Shown: piece after piece, positions 18,445-27,089 of the stretch
Numbering within the stretch: position 1 is the stretch's first letter
How the letters are laid out: each line of letters opens with the position of its first letter
Assembly (NCBI GenBank): GCA_964574815.1
Contig: CAZNPL010000003.1
Location: 100,861 to 132,860, forward strand
Direction of reading: 5' to 3'
Source of the DNA: an uncultured Phycisphaeraceae bacterium
Lineage (GTDB): Bacteria; Planctomycetota; Phycisphaerae; UBA1845
Length of the DNA: 32,000 nucleotides
Position numbers and translations under genes: made by a program
The notes under the pieces: generated by a model
What the model saw: only the letters and a program-made list of their open reading frames with translations
Databases searched by the model: none
Told to the model about the DNA's origin: nothing

Positions 18445-18885
18445 TCAGCGTTGCCGACGTTTGATCAGTCGGACGCACCTGCCCTTTCGGCAGAAGCTGA
18501 TTCTGTCTAGAAGAGACTGCATCAGGAGCAGCCCCCGTCCATGGGCGAGTTCGAGGTGTCGCGCGTCGGTCGGATCAGCAACCAGCGAGGGATCGAATCC
18601 CTCCCCTTCATCGATCACGCGGATTTCCGCCTCGTCATCGGCGATATGGTACTTGACAACGATCCATTTGTCGGGCACGCGGTGGTTGCCATGTAAATAT
18701 GCGTTGGCGAGGGCCTCCGAAAGGCCGAGCGTAAGAGCAAAGACCTCGGACTCCGAGCATTGTCTGCGCACCGCCTCAGCCGTTATCTCCGAGCGTACGT
18801 TGGCAATCTCCGAGTGCGTACTATGAATCGCCACTGTCTTGAAGTTCTTCACTCGGTGCTCTCGATCTTCGTCAGTCGCCTTCAT
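18445..18885 (-). CDS. HATPase-fold serine/threonine kinase, anti-sigma (RsbW)-like
   Basis: VFALTLGLSEALANAYLHGN (N-box) and EIRVIDEGEGFDP (G1 box), HGRGLLLMQSLLDRI. Confidence 0.82.
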   Translation of the reverse strand: MKATDEDREHRVKNFKTVAIHSTHSEIANVRSEITAEAVRRQCSESEVFALTLGLSEALANAYLHGNHRVPDKWIVVKYHIADDEAEIRVIDEGEGFDPSLVADPTDARHLELAHGRGLLLMQSLLDRISFCRKGRCVRLIKRRQR

Positions 18886-18910
18886 GGTTCGCTCCTCGAC
18901 GCGATTCCTT

Positions 18911-19936
18911 TCAAGACGTCCTTTCGCAGGCTTCGGTCAGCTCCCTCAGCGATGGGTAGCTACCCTGTTTAATGATCTGACCATTGATTATCGTAATAGG
19001 CAGTTCGCTCGATCCTCGGCCCTCTTTCATGGCGCTCACAACGGTCTTGTTCTCCATGAATTTGTGGGGCTCCTTGTTGGGCACGACGCGATGGACAGCG
19101 ATGACGTTTCCAACCCGGCGCTCTAGGTGGGTGAGGGCTTGGTTAAAACGCATGAGTTCCTCGTACAAATCGGGACCGCACATCCCGCTAACGCAACACA
19201 TGGGCGGCGTAAACACTTCGATGGTCATATCGTAGCTGTCCGGCATTTGTGTCTCCGCGATATTGTGTATCTCGACCTCCGCCTGCCGGTCGGGGCGCGT
19301 CGCTGTTACTTCGCGGTCATCCCGCTTCAACGGAGGGACTCTGACCACGAAATTACTTACAAATCCGGAATCGTATTGCCGGAACTCAAGTTGCAGCCCA
19401 TCGAGAATGGCTGCAATTGCGTCGACGCGGCATGGGTTTTCGTAATGAGACTCGCCGCGTTCGGCGTTCTCGGCTCGTACCGCCAACAGGCCGCGGGAAT
19501 TGAGGTCAGCGATCGCGAGTACCCCCGACGGTCGGCACACGCGCACCATCTCCTCGAGAGCCGCGCGACAGTCCGGCATGTGATGTATCGAGTCGAACGA
19601 GAATACGGCGTCGAACGTCGCGGCAGCGAGCGGCAACCGCAGCGCGTCGGCATGGATGAAATCAACGCGGGCGGCAACATCCGAACCAACGGCCTTCAAT
19701 CGCTGCCGAGCGCGATCAAGCACACCTCGGTCGATATCCACGGTCACGACATTGAAACCGCGCTCGGCCAGGATCATCGCCATCCACCCCGAGCCTGTCC
19801 CGACGTCCAACACGTGTGACCCGGGAATGTCCCCGACCAATCGCACAAGGTCTGATCGGGCACGGACAGTATCGAAGCCGTACCGTTCCTTCAGCGCCTG
19901 CATGCTCGGTGTGACTCGATCCGTTTTCTCGGCCAT
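18911..19936 (-). CDS. Class I SAM-dependent methyltransferase fused to a C-terminal ArsD-like domain
   Basis: Probable start at 19936 (MAEKTDRVTPSMQALKERYGFDTVRARSD) within track ORF 18911-20170. Motif I VLDVGTGSGWMAMILAE, FDAVFSFDSIHHMPD, then ArsD-like IEVFTPPMCCVSGMCGPDLYEELMRFN...FMENKTVVSAMKEG...LPITIINGQIIKQGSYPSLREL. Confidence 0.85.
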   Translation of the reverse strand: MAEKTDRVTPSMQALKERYGFDTVRARSDLVRLVGDIPGSHVLDVGTGSGWMAMILAERGFNVVTVDIDRGVLDRARQRLKAVGSDVAARVDFIHADALRLPLAAATFDAVFSFDSIHHMPDCRAALEEMVRVCRPSGVLAIADLNSRGLLAVRAENAERGESHYENPCRVDAIAAILDGLQLEFRQYDSGFVSNFVVRVPPLKRDDREVTATRPDRQAEVEIHNIAETQMPDSYDMTIEVFTPPMCCVSGMCGPDLYEELMRFNQALTHLERRVGNVIAVHRVVPNKEPHKFMENKTVVSAMKEGRGSSELPITIINGQIIKQGSYPSLRELTEACERTS

Positions 19937-20004
19937 ATTACGACTCCCGCGAGCGTCCCCTACGCGACGATTTCCGGCAATCTCTTGCACGATTGCTGTG
20001 CCCT

Positions 20005-20226
20005 TCAACCGCTCGTCTCGCGTTGGCCACACAACTCTCTCGACCCACGCGGATCTGCTACCACGGGCCGAGCGCTCTCCGAGGCGCAGTTCGGACATCG
20101 TATCCGATGGTCCTTTCCATACGCTGCCGACCTGGCCATGGAGGCATGGGACTCGAACAACTCGAAGCACTCGTCGCAGAAGTAGCAGTTCACCGATAGG
20201 TGTTTTTCGGTAACGCGCCTTTTCAT
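20005..20226 (-). CDS. Small putative zinc-ribbon-like protein
   Basis: 73 aa ORF between two confident same-strand genes: YFCDECFELFESHASMARSAAYGKDHRIRCPNCASESARP, two CxxC knuckles. Starts 26 nt after the arsA stop. Confidence 0.45.
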   Translation of the reverse strand: MKRRVTEKHLSVNCYFCDECFELFESHASMARSAAYGKDHRIRCPNCASESARPVVADPRGSRELCGQRETSG

Positions 20227-20251
20227 GACAGTTTCCTTTCAGGTTTGGCGA

Positions 20252-22042
20252 TCAGACGTTCGCGACCGTCTCGACCGCTGGTTGGGTCAACTCGCGCAGC
20301 CGATCGGGACCGATTGGTTCCTCGATCAGCCAGGGCGAGAGGGCCAAACGCTTCGCATGCCCGTCTCGTACCTTCTGAATCTGCAACTGCTCGGATCTGG
20401 CCCGCGCCACCAACAGCGGATCGCTTGGTCCGGCCGCGGCCAACGACGCATTAATGATCCAGGCCCATGGTTCAATCTTTGCCCGACGCAGGTCTTCCTG
20501 GAGGGCTGCGGCCTCCAGCACGGGTGTCGTCTCCGGCAGCGTGACGATCAGAATCTTGGTCTGCTTCGGATCTTGAAGCCGCATCAAAGGCGTGACGATC
20601 CTGGTCCCCGCTTTGAGGTGTCGCACGATGTCGCGGTGATACGAGCCGGTCGCATCTAACAACAACAGCGTATGGCCGGTCGGCGCCGTATCCATGACAA
20701 CGAACTTCTGTTGCGCTTCGCGGATGATCTTCGAGAATGCCTGGAACACGGCGATTTCTTCGGTGCAGGGCGAGCGCAGGTCTTCTTCCAGGAGTGCCCG
20801 GCCTTGTTCGTCGAGGTCGGCCCCCTTCGTCGCAAGCACATGCCGGCGATAGCGATCGGTCTCAGCTTGCGGGTCAATCCGGCTGATCTCCAGGCGATCA
20901 ACCCGCGATTCGATGGTCGAGGCCACGTGTGCCGCGGGGTCGGTGGTGGTCAGATGCACATCATGTCCGCGCGACGCCAATTCTACCGCCACGGCCGCGG
21001 CGATGGTCGTCTTGCCGACGCCGCCCTTGCCCATGACCATCACCAGCCCATGCCCGTCCGCCTCGATCTCGTCCACGAGCTGGCCAAGCGACGGAACATC
21101 GGTCGACGGCAGTGGCGTCTGTGGTTCAGATGCGTCTACCGCGAAACCCGTCGGCTGCAACAACCGGCGCAGCGCCGCAACTCCGACGAGGTTTCCCGGT
21201 TGCAGAAACACACGGTCGGTCTGTAAGTCGTTGAGCCGCTCCGGCAAAGATTCCATTGCCTGTCGATCGCGTTGCTGCATGGCGTAAGCGAGCGGATCAT
21301 CGCTTGAGACTTGCGGCATCAGGCCGTTGATGATCAACCGTTGATTCTTGACGCCCAGCGCCGCCAGTTCCGCGCTGGTGCGCGCCGCCTCGTTCAATGC
21401 CGCCGTCTGTGGGCGACCGACCAGGATCAACGTCGTACGCGAGGGTTCGGCCAGCGCATCGACCGCGGCTTTGTACTGCTGCCGCTGCTTTTCCAAGCCC
21501 GCCAGGGGGCCGAGACAGGATGCGCCATTCTGGTTGCTATCCAGGAAGCTCGACCAGGCGCTTGGCAGCCTCAGCAGACGCAGCGTATGGCCGGTCGGCG
21601 CGGTGTCGAAAATAACGTGGTCGAATCCGGCGGTCTTCCGTTCATCCGCCAACAGCGCGGTGAACTCATCGAACGCCGCAATCTCCGTCGTGCATGCCCC
21701 GGAAAGCTGTTCCTCCATGCTGCGGACGGCCTTCTCCGGCAGTGCGCCGCGCACCGGTCCAACGATACGGTCACGATAGCTCTGCGCAGCGGACTCCGGG
21801 TCGATGTTCAAAGCCCAGAGATTGGGCACGGCCGGGATCGGCGTGGGCGCATGTTCACCGATGTCAATCTCGAAGACATGCGCGAGATTGGACGCGGGGT
21901 CGGTGCTCACCAGGAGCACGCGCTTGCCCTCGTCGGCCAGCTGCACCGCCGTTGCACAAGCCAGGGACGTCTTGCCCACCCCGCCCTTGCCGGTGAAAAA
22001 CAAGTATCGCGTAGACTGATCATACCAGGTCATCGCAACCAT
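20252..22042 (-). CDS. arsA: Arsenite efflux ATPase ArsA, tandem NTPase domains
   Basis: Two P-loops, FFTGKGGVGKTSLACATA and VMGKGGVGKTTIAAAVAVELA, and two DTAPTGHTL(R/L)LL motifs. Start chosen at MVAMTWYDQSTRY inside track ORF 20252-22114. Confidence 0.93.
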   Translation of the reverse strand: MVAMTWYDQSTRYLFFTGKGGVGKTSLACATAVQLADEGKRVLLVSTDPASNLAHVFEIDIGEHAPTPIPAVPNLWALNIDPESAAQSYRDRIVGPVRGALPEKAVRSMEEQLSGACTTEIAAFDEFTALLADERKTAGFDHVIFDTAPTGHTLRLLRLPSAWSSFLDSNQNGASCLGPLAGLEKQRQQYKAAVDALAEPSRTTLILVGRPQTAALNEAARTSAELAALGVKNQRLIINGLMPQVSSDDPLAYAMQQRDRQAMESLPERLNDLQTDRVFLQPGNLVGVAALRRLLQPTGFAVDASEPQTPLPSTDVPSLGQLVDEIEADGHGLVMVMGKGGVGKTTIAAAVAVELASRGHDVHLTTTDPAAHVASTIESRVDRLEISRIDPQAETDRYRRHVLATKGADLDEQGRALLEEDLRSPCTEEIAVFQAFSKIIREAQQKFVVMDTAPTGHTLLLLDATGSYHRDIVRHLKAGTRIVTPLMRLQDPKQTKILIVTLPETTPVLEAAALQEDLRRAKIEPWAWIINASLAAAGPSDPLLVARARSEQLQIQKVRDGHAKRLALSPWLIEEPIGPDRLRELTQPAVETVANV

Positions 22043-22088
22043 TCCTTTCCAAGTCGTCGTCCATCCGTTCCCATTCGCCACTCGCGCC

Positions 22089-22703
22089 TCAGCAGCAACC
22101 GCCGCTGTCGCCACAACAGCCGCCTTGCGGAGCGGCCTCCGGCATCAGGTGCTTCTGTGCAAGTCGGATCACGTTGTTGGTCGCCTGCTCCGATACCCGC
22201 AGGGCCACGTTGACGGCCTGAATCATGTCCTCGCTGGCGATGCCGAGTTCGACCGCCCTCCGGTGGTGATACCGAAAGCACGGCTCGCAATGAGCGGCGA
22301 CTGCCGCGCCCAGTGCGATCAGCTCGGCAACGCGCTCATCGTAGATCGGTGCCTGCTCGACCCGCGCAGCCTGCTGATCGGTTGCAGTCGAGTCTCTCCC
22401 ATTCAAACCGGCCAGTTCTGACAAACGCTCACGAGATGGGTATTCACCGTGACTGACCACGCTGCCGTCGATGACGACCACGGGCAGACCATCTCCATCG
22501 TTCTCGTCCAACACTCGCTTGACTTGCGGGTTTTGAGCGAAAGCGGCGGGCTCTTGCGCCAGGTTGAAACGTCGGACCTTCACTCCGCGGTCTTCAATCC
22601 ACTTGAGATCGGCGGTGAAGCGGGCCAGCCGCGGATCCGGCTCGGGACCACACACGCCGGTCGTACAGCACATGGGCGGATCGAAAACTTCAATACTGGT
22701 CAT
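22089..22703 (-). CDS. arsD: ArsD metallochaperone domain fused to a carboxymuconolactone decarboxylase/AhpD-like domain with Cys-rich tail
   Basis: IEVFDPPMCCTTGVCGPEPDPRLARF...GLPVVVIDGSVVSHGEYPSRERL (ArsD), then ELIALGAAVAAHCEPCFRYHHRRAVELGIASEDMIQAVNVA (CMD with CxxCxxxH), ending GGCCGDSGGCC. Confidence 0.9.
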   Translation of the reverse strand: MTSIEVFDPPMCCTTGVCGPEPDPRLARFTADLKWIEDRGVKVRRFNLAQEPAAFAQNPQVKRVLDENDGDGLPVVVIDGSVVSHGEYPSRERLSELAGLNGRDSTATDQQAARVEQAPIYDERVAELIALGAAVAAHCEPCFRYHHRRAVELGIASEDMIQAVNVALRVSEQATNNVIRLAQKHLMPEAAPQGGCCGDSGGCC

Positions 22704-22821
22704 CGTAAGTTTCCTTCCTGTTCAGGGTTGCCCGCGGGCTCATACACCCGTTGCTTTATCCCCGTGGTGTCCTCGTTCACTTCCACGTTCGCACCTGTCG
22801 ACCGACGCAGCCGGCGGCGGA

Positions 22822-23196
22822 CTAGCATCGATAACATGCGCATAACTCCTTGGGGTCCTGCTTGCGAATCTGTGCCAGGCTCTGATCGTCCGAGACCACG
22901 CGCGGCTCGCCGTCCAACGACTCCAGAACCCAGCGCAGCGCCCGCTTGGCGACGGGCGGAGTATCCTTTCCCGCCAGGCGGAAATAGTGCCAGCGGCCTT
23001 CCTTCCGGCGCTCGACCAGCCCCGCCGTCAGCAGCAGGTCGAGATGCTTGGAAACCGTGGAAGGCGCCAGCCCGAGCAACTCGACGACCTGACAGAGGCA
23101 CAGTTCGCCGTCTCGCAGGGCAAGCAGCGCCCGCACCCGCGTCTCGTCGCTGAGCGCCTTTGTGATCGTCAGGAATTCCCGCATGGTTGGCTCCAT
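22822..23196 (-). CDS. arsR: ArsR-family transcriptional repressor
   Basis: ITKALSDETRVRALLALRDGELCLCQVVELLGLAPSTVSKHLDLLLTAGLVERRKEGRWHYFRL. Confidence 0.9.
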   Translation of the reverse strand: MEPTMREFLTITKALSDETRVRALLALRDGELCLCQVVELLGLAPSTVSKHLDLLLTAGLVERRKEGRWHYFRLAGKDTPPVAKRALRWVLESLDGEPRVVSDDQSLAQIRKQDPKELCACYRC

Positions 23197-23198
23197 TC

Positions 23199-23243
23199 AC
23201 TTCGTCATCCAACGAAGTATACGACAACTTCGTCACTTCGTCA
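23199..23243. promoter_or_regulatory. Inverted repeat plus direct repeats, candidate ArsR operator/promoter region
   Basis: ACTTCGT-catcca-ACGAAGT (199-205/212-218, 6-nt spacer). Direct copies of ACTTCGTCA at 23199, 23227 and 23235, immediately upstream of arsR (start 23196). Confidence 0.55.
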
Positions 23244-23411
23244 AGAAACGAAATAGCCTTCGGTGATCTCCTAGCATTTTCCGTGCCAACCGTCACCAAC
23301 CTACCAAACTTCTGTGCTCACGATCCTGTTATGGCACGAAAAATAAAGGAAAAATGATAATCCGCGGAAGTTGGACCGAAGTCCGCGGCGGCGGCGAATC
23401 GCCAGCGGCCT

Positions 23412-23700
23412 TCACAGGATTCTGAAAACGAACACGAGCGAGAAGTAAACACCTACGGCGATGAAGATGAACCCTGTCGCTGTCCGCGCCCAGCGTTCGA
23501 AGGTGGCCACCTGTTGGAACGCTCGGGCCACGACTCCCGCCCCGGCAGCGATGGCCAGCGCGAACAAGAGAACCGGCAGCGCCGTTCCCAACCCAGAGGC
23601 CAATGGGAGCAAGAAGCGAGACTCAAACTTGATCGAAATCGGCACCAGGCTGCCGAAGAACAGCGCCGCCGACGCGGGACAGAATGCGAGGGCGAACTCC
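23412..23700 (-). pseudogene. 3' portion of an ArsG-like (DsbD/CcdA-related) permease, N-terminal half missing
   Basis: Frame reads FALAFCPASAALFFGSLVPISIKFESRFLLPLASGLGTALPVLLFALAIAAGAGVVARAFQQVATFERWARTATGFIFIAVGVYFSLVFVFRIL, like the C-terminal half of such permeases. Upstream residues in this frame are an out-of-frame reading of the DGC gene. Confidence 0.7.
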
Positions 23701-23949
23701 CGCCGTTTCCAGGACGCGGCGGGCGCAATGGTCTTCGCAACCATCCAGCGCGATGCGCATGCCCGCACCCCGCGTTCGGACGAGCTTGTCCTCCTTCCCC
23801 GCGGCTATGGCGCTCAAGCAGAACATCTGCGCCACGCCCTCCTTGGTCAGGTCCAAGGCCGCTCGATTGGTGAGCTGCACGCAGTACGCCGCCCCGGCGC
23901 ACGCAAATACCAGCACCTCCCCGTCCACGGATCGACAGCAGGAACTCAT
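23700..23949 (-). pseudogene. 5' portion of a DGC-domain (putative zinc-binding) protein gene, truncated
   Basis: ATG at 23949 overlaps the RND stop (ATGA). MSSCCRSVDGEVLVFACAGAAYCVQLTNRAALDLTKEGVAQMFCLSAIAAG...RIALDGCEDHCARRVLETAG, after which family-like sequence is lost. Confidence 0.65.
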
Positions 23950-26900
23950 AGAACACCTCCATCTGGCGCGGTCGCTGTCCCGACACCGTGCTGCATTGAC
24001 CCTTGGATCAGGCCCACAGCGACGGCGGAAGGAGCGCGCCGCGTAAAGACCACGTACAGGCACGGCATCAGGAACAGGGCGACGGCCATCTCCATAAGCA
24101 GGCCGCCTATCGCGGCGGCGGCCATGGGCTGGAGCATGTCGCCGCCCTCCTCGATGGCCAGCGCGAGCGGAATAAAGCCAACCAGGATGGCGACGGTGGT
24201 CATGACGCGCGGGCGCAGGCGGATCTTCGCCGCCTGCACGACGGCGTTCCGCGGGGTCGTTCCCTCGCCGGCCCGCAGCGCGTTGGCGAAGGTCAGGAGC
24301 AACACGCCGTCGTTGACCGTGGCGGCCACAACCACCAGGACGCCGATGATGACCGTCGCCCCGAGCGGCAGGTCGGTGGCGAGCATGATGAAGACCAGCC
24401 CGGTCAGGCAGAACGGCACGCTGCCCAGGATGAGCGCGGGCAGCTTGAGGCTGTCGAACTGCACGGCCAAGACGATGAACGAAAAAAAGATTGCGAAGAC
24501 CAGGATCGCAAGCACCGTCTGCTGCATCTCGGCCATCATCTGCGCCTGCCCGCCGAAGCTGAAGTCGTACCCGACGGGGCGCTCTTTGCCCGCCAGGGAC
24601 GCCTGGAGTTCCGCCAGCGCCTGCCCGACGCTGACACCGGCGGCGTCGCCGCGCACGATGACCTCCTTGACCTGGTCTTCGCGCACGATCTCGACGGGGC
24701 CGACCGCCTCGCTGACCTCGGCTACGTCCTTGAGGCGCAGGTAGCCGCCCTGGGCGCAGTTGAGCGGGAGGTTCTCCACTTCGAGCCGACTGACGATCCT
24801 GCTCTCGGGGATCATGACGCGGATGTTGTAATACTCGTCGTGATCGCGAAAGCGCGTCGCGACCGCGCCGGTGATCAACGAACGCATGGTATCCGCGATA
24901 TCCGCGATGGAGACGCCCAGCTCCGCGGCCCGCTGTCGGTCTACAACCACCTGATATTCGGGTTTGGTCATGTCCATCGAGACATAGACGTTCGTAAAGT
25001 GCGCGAGCTCGTTCATCGAGCCGGCGGTCTGGCGAGCGAGACTGTAAAGGGTGGGGATATCCCGCCCCTTGATCTTCACTTCGATGTCGGCGTCGCCCAG
25101 CTTGCGGATGCCCTTGACCTTCATCTGCATGACCATGGCCATCCCGCCGGGGACCGGGACTTTGGCCACGATCGGACGCAGATAGTCGATGTAGGCCCGC
25201 GTGCTCACGTCGCGCTGGTGACGCGGGACGAGCTGGATATTCAGCTCACCTTCGTTGGCGATCTCGTAGGTGTACAACCCCCACACCTTGCCGCCCGACA
25301 GCGTGAACAGGCTCTCAATCCGCTCGTCCTCTCCGATGCGTTGCTCGAGTTGGGCCAGGACGGCGTCCGTCTCCGCCAGGGACGCGCCGGTCGGCAACTT
25401 CACCTTGACCATGATCCGGCCATCGTCCATCTGGGGCAGAAACTCGGTGCCCAACCGGCCCATCAGGAGAACGGCCAACACGAGTATCCCCACGAACGCG
25501 GGTATCGCGATCCAGCGTCCGCGGATCGCCTTCTCCAGTGTCCAGCCGTAAGCCTCGGTTACCCGCTCGAAAAAGCGCTCGAAGCGGGCGACTTTGCGGC
25601 TTCCTGTCGCCCGGCCTAACACGAGGGCCGTGATCATCGGCGTCACAGTAACCGCCATGGCCAGGCTAATGATGACGATGCCCGCGATAACCAGGATCAA
25701 CTCGCGAAACAGCAGACTGACCAGGCCAGGCACCAGCAAAAACGGCACGAACAGCGCCAGGAACGATAGCGTGGCGGCTACGATGGCCGGGCCGATTTCT
25801 GCCGTGGCATCGACGACCACCGCGTCGGTTGGGGCGTCCGGGCGGTCGTGTCGGCGGCGCGTGATGGTCTCAATGACGACAATCGAGTTGTCCACCAGAA
25901 CGCCGATCGCAATCACCAGTCCGCCCAGCGAAAAGATGTTGAGTGAGAAACCCGCCACTTTCATCAGGCCGAAGTTCAGAACGAGCGTCAGCGGCAAAGC
26001 CAGCATGATGACCAGCACCTGTCGCCACGAACCGAGGAACAACCAGACGATGAGAATGACCAAGATCGCTGCTTCGACCGCCGCATTGCGCACGCCGTTC
26101 AGCGCGGCCTCAACATAATCCGCCTGGTTCTCGACCATGCCCAGGCTCACGCCTTCCGGCATGGCGGGGCCGAGTTCGGCGATCCGGCCGTTGACGGCTT
26201 TGGCCACTTCGACGGTATTGGCATTGGCCTGCTTGAGCACGCTCAGCTTTACGCAGGGGTTGCCGTCCAACCGCGTGATGACCCGCGCCTCTTCGTGCGA
26301 ATCGAGCACCTCGGCCACATCACGCAAATAGACCTTCTTCTGGTCTTCACGAACGAGCAGGACATCTCGGATCTCATCAAGCGATTTGTATTCGCCCATC
26401 GCACGGGCGATGATCTCCTTGGGCCCCACGGTCACGCGCCCGCCGAACTGCTCGATGTTCTCGGCTCGCAATCGTTGCAGAACGCCCGGCAGCGACAGGC
26501 CGTACTTCTCCAGGGCGTCCGGATCGAGATGCACGCGGATTTCCCGCTTGAGGCCGCCGACGATCTCTGTGCCTGCCACGCCCGGGACGGCCAGCAGTTG
26601 GTCCTGGAGCCATTCATCCACCCAGGTGCGCAGTTTCGTCAGGTCCCATTGCTCGCTGCTGATGGTCAACTGCACGACGGGAAGCTGTGAGGGGTCCGCC
26701 TTGATCATCACCGGCGGATCCATGTCCTTGGGCAGCTCGCGTGCCACGCGGGCCATGGCAGCCAGCGCGTCCTGATACGCCACATCCACGTTCACGCCGT
26801 ACTTGAAGTTGGCCTGTAGCGTGTACATGCCCTCGATGGACGACGACTCGAGGTAGTCCAGGTCGTCCACCGTGGCCATCTGGCGCTCGATCGGATCGGC

Positions 26901-27089
26901 GATGTTCTTATCGATCTCCTCCGGCGTGGCGCCGCGCCACCAGATGTGTACCTTGATCATGGGGTAGGTGATGTTCGGCAGGAAGTCCACTGGCAGACGC
27001 CATAGGCCGTAGAGCCCAAGCACCACCAAGGCCACGACAATCGCGCTGGTGGCCAGACGTCGATGAACGGCATAGTGCGTCAGCTTCAT
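23946..27089 (-). CDS. RND-family efflux transporter permease subunit
   Basis: 1047 aa AcrB/MdtB/CusA-like: RLPVDFLPNITYPMIKVHIWWRGATPEEIDKNIADPIERQM, ARVARELPKDMDPP, SLGGLVIAIGVLVDNSIVVIE, ATVNDGVLLLTFANALR. Confidence 0.93.
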   Translation of the reverse strand: MKLTHYAVHRRLATSAIVVALVVLGLYGLWRLPVDFLPNITYPMIKVHIWWRGATPEEIDKNIADPIERQMATVDDLDYLESSSIEGMYTLQANFKYGVNVDVAYQDALAAMARVARELPKDMDPPVMIKADPSQLPVVQLTISSEQWDLTKLRTWVDEWLQDQLLAVPGVAGTEIVGGLKREIRVHLDPDALEKYGLSLPGVLQRLRAENIEQFGGRVTVGPKEIIARAMGEYKSLDEIRDVLLVREDQKKVYLRDVAEVLDSHEEARVITRLDGNPCVKLSVLKQANANTVEVAKAVNGRIAELGPAMPEGVSLGMVENQADYVEAALNGVRNAAVEAAILVILIVWLFLGSWRQVLVIMLALPLTLVLNFGLMKVAGFSLNIFSLGGLVIAIGVLVDNSIVVIETITRRRHDRPDAPTDAVVVDATAEIGPAIVAATLSFLALFVPFLLVPGLVSLLFRELILVIAGIVIISLAMAVTVTPMITALVLGRATGSRKVARFERFFERVTEAYGWTLEKAIRGRWIAIPAFVGILVLAVLLMGRLGTEFLPQMDDGRIMVKVKLPTGASLAETDAVLAQLEQRIGEDERIESLFTLSGGKVWGLYTYEIANEGELNIQLVPRHQRDVSTRAYIDYLRPIVAKVPVPGGMAMVMQMKVKGIRKLGDADIEVKIKGRDIPTLYSLARQTAGSMNELAHFTNVYVSMDMTKPEYQVVVDRQRAAELGVSIADIADTMRSLITGAVATRFRDHDEYYNIRVMIPESRIVSRLEVENLPLNCAQGGYLRLKDVAEVSEAVGPVEIVREDQVKEVIVRGDAAGVSVGQALAELQASLAGKERPVGYDFSFGGQAQMMAEMQQTVLAILVFAIFFSFIVLAVQFDSLKLPALILGSVPFCLTGLVFIMLATDLPLGATVIIGVLVVVAATVNDGVLLLTFANALRAGEGTTPRNAVVQAAKIRLRPRVMTTVAILVGFIPLALAIEEGGDMLQPMAAAAIGGLLMEMAVALFLMPCLYVVFTRRAPSAVAVGLIQGSMQHGVGTATAPDGGVL

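Noticed and set aside
19937-20170. N-terminal 78 aa of the track ORF for the methyltransferase::ArsD protein
   Set aside because: Not methyltransferase-like and overlaps the 20005-20226 small ORF. Internal ATG at 19936 gives a normal start.
23412-23768. Full 118-aa ORF as an intact membrane protein
   Set aside because: The first ~24 residues are the DGC gene read out of frame and the rest is only the C-terminal half of an ArsG-like permease, so it is treated as a truncated remnant.
24003-25619. 538-aa plus-strand ORF
   Set aside because: Lies entirely antisense to the confident RND permease gene. Composition (H/D/R/G-rich, few hydrophobics) is typical of a shadow ORF in high-GC DNA.
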